DNA of 64,000 nt from an uncultured Candidatus Micrarchaeota archaeon (lineage in GTDB: Archaea; Micrarchaeota; Micrarchaeia; Micrarchaeales; CABMGC01), in the NCBI GenBank assembly GCA_963753785.1, contig CAVWDL010000008.1, positions 166,064 to 230,063 on the forward strand, read 5' to 3'. This document shows, in pieces, positions 9,523 to 18,587 of the stretch. Below the pieces are notes generated by a model. It had not been told where the DNA came from, made no database searches, and worked only from the letters and a program-made list of their open reading frames with translations. Position numbers and translations under genes: made by a program. The stretch's first letter is position 1, and each line of letters begins with the position of its first letter.

Positions 9523-10392
9523 TCAGCCTATGAGAGCCAGCAGTTCGTCCTCCGAACTCGCCTTTATGAGGTCCTTCTTTCTTATCGCGGAGACGCCCTC
9601 TATCTTTCCGCCGCGCTCGTTGATGAAGAAAGGATAGTTGTTCTCGAAAGCCTCCCTTATCTCCTTGAACAGCGCGGCCCTCTTGAACAGAGTCCTTATG
9701 TTCGCGTCGAGGCTTATCTCGTAGTAATTCTTCTTCTTGGCCACTATGTCGAATGGCGCCTTGTCGAGGTGGAGCGCGGGCATCCCCGTGCCTGCGAGCT
9801 CGTTGACGCGGATGCTCATCTTCTTGCTCTTCAGCAGGTCCTCGGATTTGATCGAGCCGTTGAGCACGGCCTCGAGCCTGTATATCGTCCCTATCGCCGC
9901 GTAATCGTTGCTCCTCTCGTGCTTGTAGAGTGTCGTCTTCGACAGCATGGACCTCCTCGCTAGCTCCTCCATCTTCATGTCGTTGGCCTTCCTCAGGCTG
10001 CGCAGCTTGCTCCCGTCGAGCTTCGTTTTTATGCCTACTGACTTCGAAGCCAGCAGTTTGAAAGGATTGTACTCAAGCTCCTGCAGCATTTCGGGCGAGA
10101 TGCACCTTATGGAGAAACGGTTGTAGCTCACGTTGCGCTTTAGTTTTCTGTCCTTCGAGACGGAGGCGATCACCAGCGGCTCCGCGTCGAGGAACTGGGA
10201 GAGCTTGCAGAGGTTCTGCGCCTCGTGCCTGGTGATTGAATCGATGTTGTGGACTATCTTTATTATGAACTTCTGGCCCTTCCTCTCCGCGAACACGTCG
10301 GCGCATGTGTGCATGTTCTTGGCGAGAACGGTAGAGTATCCGCTGGCGTTGAGCTCCTGCTCCGCCTCCTTTATCACATGGCCCCTTTTCAT
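9523..10392 (-). CDS. Putative transcriptional regulator with a central XRE-type HTH (COG1395-like)
   Basis: The 289-aa ORF has an HTH segment (LRSLRKANDMKMEELARRSMLSKTTLYKHERS) flanked by conserved archaeal N- and C-terminal domains. Confidence 0.6.
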   Translation of the reverse strand: MKRGHVIKEAEQELNASGYSTVLAKNMHTCADVFAERKGQKFIIKIVHNIDSITRHEAQNLCKLSQFLDAEPLVIASVSKDRKLKRNVSYNRFSIRCISPEMLQELEYNPFKLLASKSVGIKTKLDGSKLRSLRKANDMKMEELARRSMLSKTTLYKHERSNDYAAIGTIYRLEAVLNGSIKSEDLLKSKKMSIRVNELAGTGMPALHLDKAPFDIVAKKKNYYEISLDANIRTLFKRAALFKEIREAFENNYPFFINERGGKIEGVSAIRKKDLIKASSEDELLALIG

Positions 10393-10436
10393 GGTGTTAA
10401 TTGGAGGTAAAGGCTTTTATCACCGAAGCGCAAGCC

Positions 10437-11534
10437 TCATGGCAGGGGAGATTTCGCGGCTCTGACGCGGCGAATGATGAAAGGATCGTTACTTTCCGCC
10501 CAGTCCGCCAGAAGGGAGGCATAGGCACCTTTCTGGCTCATCTTGGCGTTTATGATTTCGAATCCGCTGCTCTTGAGCTCGCCGATCAGCGCTTCTTTTC
10601 GCGTCGAGTCGTCAAGCAATATGATTCCTGTTCCTCCACCGCCCCCGCCGCTAAGTTTCGCTCCGGGGGCATGGTTGCTCCGTGCCATCTCGACGACCCT
10701 GTCGAGGTTCGGCGTTGAGACGCCGAGCTGCGCGAGCAGGCCATGGTTGAGGTACATGCATTTTCCGAGTGTTTTCGCGTCTCCCATGTTGAGAGCGGAT
10801 ATGCCGTTTTTCGAGCAGGCTTCTATCTGCCTGAAGATTCCCTCGGTCCACGGCTGGTTTGAGCAGTAAAGCCTTGCCACATGGCCCACCATCTCCGCTG
10901 TGCTCTTTTTGGGCCCAGTGTCCACTATGAGAAGCTCCATCTCCTTCCCGACGCTCTCCTTTCGGGCGCCCTTCTTCGAATCGTAGCTTACGCAGCCTCC
11001 GTAAAAGGAAGTTGAGACGTCGATCGTCCCGGCGTTCTCGTTCCTGTGTATGACTCTTTCGCCGTGCCTCGCTATGTCGATGAGCACATCTTCAGGAAGT
11101 TTCGAGTCGTCCAGAAGGGACAGCAGAAAAGAGGTTGAGCTCGCCGCGCTGCTCGCCAAGCCCCTCTGCGATGGAAGGTTGCTACGGAGGACTACGCTCT
11201 TGCCGAAGGGGCTAACTCCGTGCTTGTAATAAAGCTGGGATGCTATGGTTGCGAAGTGCATGAATCCGGGAACTATTTCGGAAGCCCTGTCGACATAGTT
11301 CTGTATGCTGGATTTTTGCTTATGCTGTTCGAATAGACTCGACAGCTCGTTCTTCCCTATTGACATCTTCATGTTATAGGGCGAAGAGTTCGTTATAGTC
11401 AGAGTATCCTTGTCTCCTGTGTTGCTGACCTCCGCGTTAACGTACAAGTCTATCGCGGCGGCTATGCAAGTGTATCCGTAAACTACGGCGTGTTCGCCTA
11501 GGAGTTTTATTACTCCTGGCGCTTTCACCAGCAT
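10437..11534 (-). CDS. mvk: Mevalonate kinase (GHMP kinase)
   Basis: The N-terminus APGVIKLLGEHAVVYG is MVK-like. The GHMP motif PSQRGLASSAASSTS and the Gly-rich motif GAKLSGGGGGGTG are present. The likely ATG is at 11534. Confidence 0.8.
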   Translation of the reverse strand: MLVKAPGVIKLLGEHAVVYGYTCIAAAIDLYVNAEVSNTGDKDTLTITNSSPYNMKMSIGKNELSSLFEQHKQKSSIQNYVDRASEIVPGFMHFATIASQLYYKHGVSPFGKSVVLRSNLPSQRGLASSAASSTSFLLSLLDDSKLPEDVLIDIARHGERVIHRNENAGTIDVSTSFYGGCVSYDSKKGARKESVGKEMELLIVDTGPKKSTAEMVGHVARLYCSNQPWTEGIFRQIEACSKNGISALNMGDAKTLGKCMYLNHGLLAQLGVSTPNLDRVVEMARSNHAPGAKLSGGGGGGTGIILLDDSTRKEALIGELKSSGFEIINAKMSQKGAYASLLADWAESNDPFIIRRVRAAKSPLP

Positions 11535-11682
11535 AAAACTCAATAGTATCAGGCAATGTCAGCGTATTAATACCTCGCGGTAGGCCATACAATCGACGAG
11601 GTCTTTTCAGAATCGGAAAACGGCATTTCTGCGCCCTCCCTAGCCTTTTTATGCTTGAGAGGACCATCACTATGGGAGTTGC

Positions 11683-12762
11683 ATGGACGGGGAACTAGTC
11701 TATTTATTCATATACAGCGCCGGAGCCACGTTCACGGATGAGCAGCTCAAGGGCCTCCTTAAGAACCAGGAGGACTTCTCGAAGTACGAGTACACTAAGC
11801 CCGCACCTGAGGAGATGGCCACATTCAACGTGCCGTCGATATTCAACCTCAAGGGTGAGTCGCTGACGCTTAAGGACGCGAAATACGCCTTCAAGGTGCA
11901 GGTGTCTGTCTACTCGCTCGGTAGCTTCTCGATAAGGATGAGATGCGCCTTCTCGGGGGCGGACGAGAACGCGATAAAGAGCCTGAGCTTCGACAAGGAA
12001 GTAAAGGAATTCACAGAGCGCACCGCAGTCAAGATATGCGGCACCGTGATCAAGAATCTCGAGAAGATCAAGAAGGTCGCGCTCAATCCTAGCTCCGAGA
12101 CATACAGGTTCTACTACATCAAGGGGGAGCAGCAGGCGGTGCTCAAGAGATACGGAAAACTCATAGCGGGGCTCATGGTCGACGAGAAGGACTACGGGAT
12201 ACTCGACGACACCTACATCGCGGAAGTGCTCGGCAAGAAGATGTCATACAACAACACCGACGTCTTCCTCGTGGGATGGGAAAGCTCGGTGCTGGTCGAT
12301 GAGTCAGACGCATACGAGCACGAACTGCTCATCGCGGAGATGGCGAACATGCAGCTCCTCGAGATGAGGGTGTACCATGACATGGCTGCGAACAAGCTCA
12401 TGGAGACTGAGGAGGTCGTAGATGAGATAAACTCGCCGAAGCTGATCAAGTACAGCGGCGAGATCAAGAAGGCCAACGTCGTTCTGGGAGATTTCTACGA
12501 CGATGCGGAGAGCATGATATCGAGGGTCAATGACACGGTGGCAAGCTTCGGAGAGTGGTACCTGTCGAAGCAGTATTCCCTTTTCGAGAGCGTCTTCAAG
12601 CTCGACAGCTGGAGGGACCGCGTGGAGAAGGACCTGAGCACGGTCGGGAAGAGGCGCAACTTCCTCTCGGAGATAATGAGATGGAGGACGGAGCAGATGA
12701 TGGAGATTATCGTGATCGTCCTCTTCATAATAGACGTGGTAATCCTCGTGTTCAGATTTTGA
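11683..12762 (+). CDS. Hypothetical protein with a C-terminal TM anchor (possibly DUF155/RMND1-like)
   Basis: The 359-aa ORF ends in a single hydrophobic helix (MMEIIVIVLFIIDVVILVF). The family assignment is only a weak resemblance. Confidence 0.4.
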   Translation: MDGELVYLFIYSAGATFTDEQLKGLLKNQEDFSKYEYTKPAPEEMATFNVPSIFNLKGESLTLKDAKYAFKVQVSVYSLGSFSIRMRCAFSGADENAIKSLSFDKEVKEFTERTAVKICGTVIKNLEKIKKVALNPSSETYRFYYIKGEQQAVLKRYGKLIAGLMVDEKDYGILDDTYIAEVLGKKMSYNNTDVFLVGWESSVLVDESDAYEHELLIAEMANMQLLEMRVYHDMAANKLMETEEVVDEINSPKLIKYSGEIKKANVVLGDFYDDAESMISRVNDTVASFGEWYLSKQYSLFESVFKLDSWRDRVEKDLSTVGKRRNFLSEIMRWRTEQMMEIIVIVLFIIDVVILVFRF

Positions 12763-12791
12763 ACCTGCTGATTTGGCAGACTCCTGAAATG

Positions 12792-13403
12792 CTAACGTCT
12801 AGGTGAACCGCGCCTTTCCCCATATATCCGAGCTTTGATTTTTTCATAGATATACAGCAGTTCGGGAGTGGATAGTTTTCTTTTCGCGGTTATAAAGAAT
12901 TCTTCCACATAACTGTCTTTTTTCAGGTATTTGTGGTAAGGAATGAGCTGGAAGAGGTAATCCATTTTGTCCACTTCGTGGACGAGCTGCGCCTCCTTCG
13001 TTTTGTTTTCTCTTAATTCGACCCACATGCTTTTCAAATGAGTATTGCTCGATTTGTCCAGATTGGCGAGTAGTTTTAGCATGTTGGCATTTTCCAATTT
13101 TGCCTTATCATAATTGTTGAGTTTTTGATCGCGCTCTTCCACTCTAGTTGCGATATCACCTGTCAGAACTTCATTCAGGTCATGCGTAAGCGCCATGATT
13201 GCGCACCGATCGGCGTTTAGACCTAGCTTCTTTGCCATGATATACGACAACAGTGCAGTACTGTATGAGTGATCTCCTACGTGTTCGGGGTTCTTGACTT
13301 TTCTAATCACCCAGCCCGTCCGGTCTACGGCTTTGAGTTTGTCCGCTTCTATCATGAATTTAGCGATCTTATCTAAATCGGATTTCGAAACTTTCATACA
13401 CAT
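12792..13403 (-). CDS. HD-domain phosphohydrolase (YfbR-like 5'-nucleotidase family)
   Basis: The sequence HVGDHSYSTALL...MALTHDLNEVLTGDI matches the HD-superfamily metal-binding pattern. Confidence 0.75.
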   Translation of the reverse strand: MCMKVSKSDLDKIAKFMIEADKLKAVDRTGWVIRKVKNPEHVGDHSYSTALLSYIMAKKLGLNADRCAIMALTHDLNEVLTGDIATRVEERDQKLNNYDKAKLENANMLKLLANLDKSSNTHLKSMWVELRENKTKEAQLVHEVDKMDYLFQLIPYHKYLKKDSYVEEFFITAKRKLSTPELLYIYEKIKARIYGERRGSPRR

Positions 13404-13446
13404 CACCAATTTTCGTTACTCAATAAAGAGGCATGAAGACTTCAGA

Positions 13447-13521
13447 TGCTCCCACCGGGATTTGAACCCGGGTTGCAGGGTTGAAAGCCCCGCGTCCTTG
13501 GCCGGACTAGACGATGGGAGC
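13447..13521 (-). tRNA. tRNA-Glu (anticodon UUC)
   Basis: Hand folding gives acceptor GCTCCCA/TGGGAGC, anticodon stem CGGGG/CCCTG with loop CTTTCAA, and T arm CCGGG-TTCAAAT-CCCGG. There is no intron and no encoded CCA. Confidence 0.85.
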
Positions 13522-13552
13522 GAGATGTCAGCTCAGGGATATTTGCTGTCTA

Positions 13553-14161
13553 CTAACTTAAAAACTTGTCAACCATTTCAGCTATCTCCTTGCTGACGTC
13601 ATTCGGCTTCTGCTCTCCGTTAACTATCTTGAACCTGAACCTCTTCGCCAGGTTGAGGTACGCCTTCCTGACCTTGCTCAGGGACTCCCTCTTCTCGAAC
13701 AGTATCCTCCTCTCCTTTCCATTCTCGATCCGCGTCATGGACACGTCGGGGGAAATGTCGATGAAAATTGTGAGGTCGGGGAACCTGAAGTTCCTGTTTA
13801 TCGAGTACAGCCACTTGAAGTCCACGCCTGCACCGAAGCCGTACGCGAGCGTCGAGAACATGTACCTGTCGCAGATCACCACCTTCCCCTTCTTGAGCGC
13901 GGGTTCTATCTCGTCCTCGAGATGCTTGGCCCTGTCCGCGCAGAAAAGAAGCTGGAGCGACTTGACAGAGGTGCTCCAGTCCTCCTTCAGTGCCTCCCTT
14001 ATCAACGTGCCTATGAGCCCCGTCGTAGGCTCCTTTGTCAGATACGTCTTGTATCCTTTCTTCCTCAAGTACGCCTCGAGCTGGGTCGTCTGCGTCGATA
14101 TTCCTGAACCGTCGAGACCCTCAAGCACTATGAACCTTCCCTTATTGGCCAAGCCCTTCAC
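13553..14161 (-). CDS. Thymidylate-kinase-family protein with a degenerate P-loop (Walker A Lys replaced by Ile)
   Basis: The 202-aa ORF starts with GTG. The P-loop reads FIVLEGLDGSGISTQ, where the family consensus is GxGK[ST]T. The DRY motif (ICDRYMFSTLAY) is present. Confidence 0.75.
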   Translation of the reverse strand: MKGLANKGRFIVLEGLDGSGISTQTTQLEAYLRKKGYKTYLTKEPTTGLIGTLIREALKEDWSTSVKSLQLLFCADRAKHLEDEIEPALKKGKVVICDRYMFSTLAYGFGAGVDFKWLYSINRNFRFPDLTIFIDISPDVSMTRIENGKERRILFEKRESLSKVRKAYLNLAKRFRFKIVNGEQKPNDVSKEIAEMVDKFLS

Positions 14162-14182
14162 CTCGGATTATCTCTATGTTCA

Positions 14183-14192
14183 TTTTTATAAA
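14183..14192 (-). promoter_or_regulatory. TATA-like box in the divergent tmk intergenic region
   Basis: The sequence TTTTTATAAA lies 22-31 nt upstream of the GTG start at 14161. This spacing is consistent with a leaderless or short-leader archaeal promoter. Confidence 0.35.
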
Positions 14193-14293
14193 TGAGTGCA
14201 TGGAGGGCAGGCTTACCCGCAGAAAAATGCGTTCGAGAAGGATTAAAAAGATGAAAGCGGCTATTTTGGTTGATAGGGGATTCCTTGAAAGGC

Positions 14294-14941
14294 ATGCTGA
14301 TAGTATTGGAGGGGGCGGACGGAACGGGAAAAAACACGCAGCGCAAGCTTCTCGAGGAGCATCTCTCCGGACGAGGGCTGAAGGTCAGGTACAGGCACTA
14401 TCCCGACTATGACAACGAGTACGGGAAGCTCCTCAAGGGCTACCTTGACATGGAGAGGGAGCTTGACGTCAAGGAGCAGTTCCTGCTGTACATAATAGAC
14501 ATAGTGAAGGACAGCAAGGAGGTCGCAAAGGAGATGGAGGAGGGCTACATCGAGATAATGGACAGGTACTACTTCAGCACGGTCGCATACCAGTCGGCCA
14601 ACGGATTCGGATACGAGAACGCCAAGCAGATAATAGGCATGCTCGGGCTCCGCAAGCCGGACATCGCGTTCCACATAGACATGCCCGTCGAGGTCTCGAT
14701 GGAAAGGAAGGAGAGGCAGAAGGTCATTGACGAGAACAGCAAGAGCGATCGCCACGAGGCCGACGCTTCGCTCCAGGAGAAGGTCAGAAAGTACTACAAG
14801 AGGATGGTGGATGAGGGGTTCGGCGCCAGCAGGTGGATCGTCGTTGACGGCACCAAGACCCCCGGAGACATAAGCAGGCAGATCGCGTCCGAAGTGGACT
14901 TCGAGATAACCAAGAACGAGAGCGCGGCTCGCCTAGCTTGA
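14294..14941 (+). CDS. tmk: Thymidylate kinase (canonical P-loop)
   Basis: The sequence MLIVLEGADGTGKNTQ and the DRY motif (IMDRYYFSTVAYQ) are present. The track ORF starts at 14270 (TTG), but the ATG at 14294 is more likely. Confidence 0.85.
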   Translation: MLIVLEGADGTGKNTQRKLLEEHLSGRGLKVRYRHYPDYDNEYGKLLKGYLDMERELDVKEQFLLYIIDIVKDSKEVAKEMEEGYIEIMDRYYFSTVAYQSANGFGYENAKQIIGMLGLRKPDIAFHIDMPVEVSMERKERQKVIDENSKSDRHEADASLQEKVRKYYKRMVDEGFGASRWIVVDGTKTPGDISRQIASEVDFEITKNESAARLA

Positions 14942-14973
14942 ACTTATCTGAAATTCCCTGAAAGGGAAAGCAA

Positions 14974-15252
14974 CTACCTTGACAGGTCGTTGACTTCCTC
15001 CTTAGAGGTCTCGGGCATCGCTCCGGTGGGCGCGGACACAAGGACCACGTCTCCCACGTTCTTGACGCTCTTGTAAAGGACGCTCTTCTGCATCAGCGTT
15101 CTCTTCATGTCCCCCTTTACGTTCTTCATGGGCATCATGAGAAGCCTGCTAACTTCGCCCTTTTCAAGGTCAACAATGATGTCCTGCACTTCTCCCAGAT
15201 ACTGCCCTGAATCGCTGTATATATCCATTCTGTAGATTTCGGATAATTTCAT
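14974..15252 (-). CDS. PRC-barrel domain protein
   Basis: The 92-aa ORF matches the PRC-barrel pattern (IYSDSGQYLGEVQDIIVDLEKGEVSRLLM). Confidence 0.6.
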   Translation of the reverse strand: MKLSEIYRMDIYSDSGQYLGEVQDIIVDLEKGEVSRLLMMPMKNVKGDMKRTLMQKSVLYKSVKNVGDVVLVSAPTGAMPETSKEEVNDLSR

Positions 15253-15398
15253 TTTCTCGCCTCGTCGCCTTTTAGTATAACAAAGTAAACATTAAAAAGG
15301 TTTTTTCGGAACTTTGAGGGTTCCATAACTACCTCTTGAGTTTGAATTTCGCCGGTTGCGCCCATTTTAGGTCTCCGATTCGAGGGCGTTTCCGGAGG

Positions 15399-16556
15399 TC
15401 ACGGCTGAAGCCAATCTATCTCGAAGTAGTCGTGCTTGCTCTTAGGCAGGCTTATCTGCCGAACCTTGTAGTAGGTGACCGCGGTCTCCCTGTCGGTGAT
15501 CGCGAGAAGCAGCTCTAGCTTGCCCCTGCCCGCCTCGTTTATCGCGGTGGCAAGCTCCTGGCCGCCTATCTGCTCCTCCTCGCTGAGGGAGAGCATCGCA
15601 TATTTGGGCGATGCGTTCGGGGGCATGTCCGCCTCTCCCCCGTGCCTGTGGTAGAGTATGTAGTCCAGCTTGCTGCGGCCCTTGCTCGTCCTTCCGGGAA
15701 CCGCGAGTATGAATGTCTTCCTCACCGAATGCGCCACCCTTATCGCCCTCGCCCATTCGGATATGAGCAGCTTCGAGCTCTTCGGGAACACCTGTATGAC
15801 GTGCTTGGAGTGCGTCCAGTCGCTGTCTCCCGGCTTCATAGGCTTTGCCCCGGGGAAGTATACGCGGAAGTGCGTGCCGAACTTGAACCCGGTCTTTATC
15901 ACATACCCCCTCTCCCTCCAGTCCTTGTAGACTGCATACAGGCTTGGGAACTCGCTCCTCCTTGCCGAAGCGCACTTGACCAGCTCCGCCCTGCTCGTGT
16001 CCCTGAGCTCAAGGGCCTTTTTCTCCAAAAGGAACAGCGTCTCGTAAACGTCCAGCTTGTCCAGCCTGCCCCTGTCTGCCGCCTTGTAGGAGCCGTACTG
16101 GCCGAACCAGAACTTCTCGTAGAGCGATCTGCCCCCCTCGTCCTCCTCGACCACAGTCATCAGGTCTGTCTTGAAGAAGACGCCGTGCACGGCCTTGCGC
16201 GGAAGGCGCAGGGACGATGATGGGTATTTCTTCGCGGGGATCCCGCTGGGCGCCCGGTACTTGTGCCCTGTAGAGACGGCCACGAGCCCCCTGTCTCTCC
16301 AGTCCTTGTATGTGAAGTATCTCGCCATGAACTTCTCGGAGTTCCTGAACTTGGACGCGAGCTCGCTGAAGGTAACCGGCTTTCCGGAGCGGGTGCAGCT
16401 GGCGTTGCGCACGTCGAGAAGGTAGAGCGCCTCCTCCACCGAGAGCGTCAGCGCTTCCTTGTCGTACGTTCCGTAGAACCCCCTCTTGAGTATGTCCTTT
16501 GTGGAAGCGTCGGATACGCCAATCACATCCTTGCTGTGAAGCTCTAACTCAAGCAT
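15399..16556 (-). CDS. endA: tRNA-splicing endonuclease, three-unit single-chain form
   Basis: The catalytic unit contains YAVYKDWRERGYVIKTGFKFGTHFRVYFPG...HSKHVIQVFP...VRKTFILAV. Upstream is a degenerate unit (YFTYKDWRDRGLVAVSTGHKY). Downstream is a beta-C-like unit (LELLLAITDRETAVTYYKV). Confidence 0.85.
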   Translation of the reverse strand: MLELELHSKDVIGVSDASTKDILKRGFYGTYDKEALTLSVEEALYLLDVRNASCTRSGKPVTFSELASKFRNSEKFMARYFTYKDWRDRGLVAVSTGHKYRAPSGIPAKKYPSSSLRLPRKAVHGVFFKTDLMTVVEEDEGGRSLYEKFWFGQYGSYKAADRGRLDKLDVYETLFLLEKKALELRDTSRAELVKCASARRSEFPSLYAVYKDWRERGYVIKTGFKFGTHFRVYFPGAKPMKPGDSDWTHSKHVIQVFPKSSKLLISEWARAIRVAHSVRKTFILAVPGRTSKGRSKLDYILYHRHGGEADMPPNASPKYAMLSLSEEEQIGGQELATAINEAGRGKLELLLAITDRETAVTYYKVRQISLPKSKHDYFEIDWLQP

Positions 16557-16606
16557 CGAAGCACGCAGTATAATTCACAGCAAATAGATATAAACTCGAA
16601 ACGGGC

Positions 16607-17377
16607 TCAGCAAGATATCCTGCGGATGCTCTCCTCCTCCGCAAACGAGAGTTTGGCTGGCACCATCAGCGAGAGCACCTTGCCCTTGAGCCTCTTCTCC
16701 TCGTCCTTTCCCAGCTGGTCCATCCTGAGGTAGAGAACCTCCTGGGTCTTCCTGCCAAGGTCAGCGAGCACCATGATCTTCGTCGCGCCGCCTATCCTGC
16801 CAGTCTTCTCTACGGCCTCCGCCTTCTTCAGGAGGTCGACCGCCTCGGAGATGCGCATCGGCGCCTTCTCCTTTTGGTTTATGTCAAGAAGCAGTAGGGT
16901 GTGCTCGTCGTTCTTGAGATTCTTCTCGAGGGCCTTGATGAAAGAGGTGGGCTTGTACTTCTCGAACCAGAAGGGGACAGTTACTGTGGGACCGAACTTG
17001 TATACATCGAGCCCGCTCTCCCCGATCGCGACGGAGAACACGGAAGGGGCGTGTATCACCTTGAACGTCACGCCCTGCTTCTTAGCCTCGTTGAGTATTA
17101 TGCTGTGCGTGGTTGCGATGAGGGGATCTCCAGGGACCAGTATCGCCACCCTTCCCTTCTTCGCGAGCGCGACCGTCGCGTTCAGCCTGTCCTCCAGGTC
17201 CTGCCTTGAGATGGGAACGATCTTCCCTCCGGCCTCGCCTTCAAGAAAAGAGACATAGTCCTTCGTTATGAACGCGGTGTATGTCTCGAGGAAAAGCTGC
17301 GCTGGCTTCCTTATCTCTTCCAGCGCCCTAAGCGAAAGGTCCTTTGAACCTAGCCCGAGGCCTATGAGAAGCAGCAT
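16607..17377 (-). CDS. dph5: Diphthine synthase
   Basis: The 256-aa ORF is typical of Dph5 methyltransferases (MLLLIGLGLG...ETYT...VAILVPGDPLIATTH). Confidence 0.9.
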   Translation of the reverse strand: MLLLIGLGLGSKDLSLRALEEIRKPAQLFLETYTAFITKDYVSFLEGEAGGKIVPISRQDLEDRLNATVALAKKGRVAILVPGDPLIATTHSIILNEAKKQGVTFKVIHAPSVFSVAIGESGLDVYKFGPTVTVPFWFEKYKPTSFIKALEKNLKNDEHTLLLLDINQKEKAPMRISEAVDLLKKAEAVEKTGRIGGATKIMVLADLGRKTQEVLYLRMDQLGKDEEKRLKGKVLSLMVPAKLSFAEEESIRRISC

Positions 17378-17378
17378 G

Positions 17379-18356
17379 CTAATCTTTTATCCCGTCGAGG
17401 GTTATCTTCATGACCGTCTCTCCCTCGGGCATGCTAGGGGAGTCTACGAGCCTTATGATCCTCTTCTCCTCCTTGCTCTTCCTCACGTACAGCCTAGTCG
17501 TCGCCGCGTGCGCGACAACGTTGCCCCCGACCGGCTGCGTGGGGTCTCCGAAAAGTATCGCCGGGTTGTCCATGACCTGGTTCGTTATGTAAACGGCAAG
17601 GTTGAATGAGTCGGAGAGCCTCTGCAGCTTGTGTATGTGGGCGTTGAGCTTCCCCTGCCTCTCGTTGAGTGCACCCCTCCCTATGAACTCCGACCTGAAG
17701 AGCGCCATGAGCGAGTCGACTATTATCAGCTTGATGTTCTTCTCCCTTACCAGCTTGTCCGCCCTTTCCGCGGTGAGTATCTGCTGGTCGGTGCTCATGA
17801 CCCTGCTTACGAATATGTTGTCGAGCACAGACGTGACGCTCATTCCCTGGGCCTTCGCTATCGCCTCTATCCTCTCGGGCCTGAATGTGCCTTCCGTGTC
17901 TATGAACAGGACTGTGCCGTCGAGCCCTCCCTTGTTGATCGGAAGCTGCACGTTGACCGCGAGCTGGAATCCTAGCTGCGTCTTTCCGCTGGCGAACCTC
18001 CCGTACATCTCGGTTATGCCGTTGGTCTCGACTCCGCCGCCGAGGAGTTCGTCCAGCCCCTTGGAGCCGGTGCTTATCCTCCCTATGTTCTTCCTCTTCT
18101 CGGAGACTGCGGATCCAGTCTGGAACTCTATGTTGGTGGCTTCCCTGGCCGCCTCTATCGCCTTCTTCGCGTTCTCCGCGCTTATGCCGATCAGCTCGGA
18201 GAGCTCGTACGGGGACGATGCCGCGACCTTCTCTATGTTGTCGTAGCCGCTGTTCCTCATCTTGTCGGCAGTGGCCGGACCTATTCCTGGAAGGTCTTCG
18301 ATATCCTTTATTCCTTTTTCCTTGGCCAAGAAACCCCCTTCAGTAGAAGTTGTCAA
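17379..18356 (-). CDS. radA: DNA repair and recombination protein RadA
   Basis: An HhH N-domain (LPGIGPATADKM) and the Walker A motif GRFASGKTQ are present. The sequence is RadA-like over all 325 aa. Confidence 0.95.
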   Translation of the reverse strand: MTTSTEGGFLAKEKGIKDIEDLPGIGPATADKMRNSGYDNIEKVAASSPYELSELIGISAENAKKAIEAAREATNIEFQTGSAVSEKRKNIGRISTGSKGLDELLGGGVETNGITEMYGRFASGKTQLGFQLAVNVQLPINKGGLDGTVLFIDTEGTFRPERIEAIAKAQGMSVTSVLDNIFVSRVMSTDQQILTAERADKLVREKNIKLIIVDSLMALFRSEFIGRGALNERQGKLNAHIHKLQRLSDSFNLAVYITNQVMDNPAILFGDPTQPVGGNVVAHAATTRLYVRKSKEEKRIIRLVDSPSMPEGETVMKITLDGIKD

Positions 18357-18587
18357 TCAAACCTTTAATAGCTTCCTATGTGCCGCCGCCCTTAGTTAAG
18401 TATATAAGTATTGAGGTGAAACTAACAGTGAAAATGCGAAATAGGAAAAGGCCAGCACACTTTTACATGTGCTGGCAAGGCGACCAGTTTCATACTTTCC
18501 CCTCCGAAGAGGGTACATATGAGAACTTGCTTCTTACTTGGTTCCTTAGATTTAAAAGAGTATCTACAGTTCCAAAAGGATGGAACG

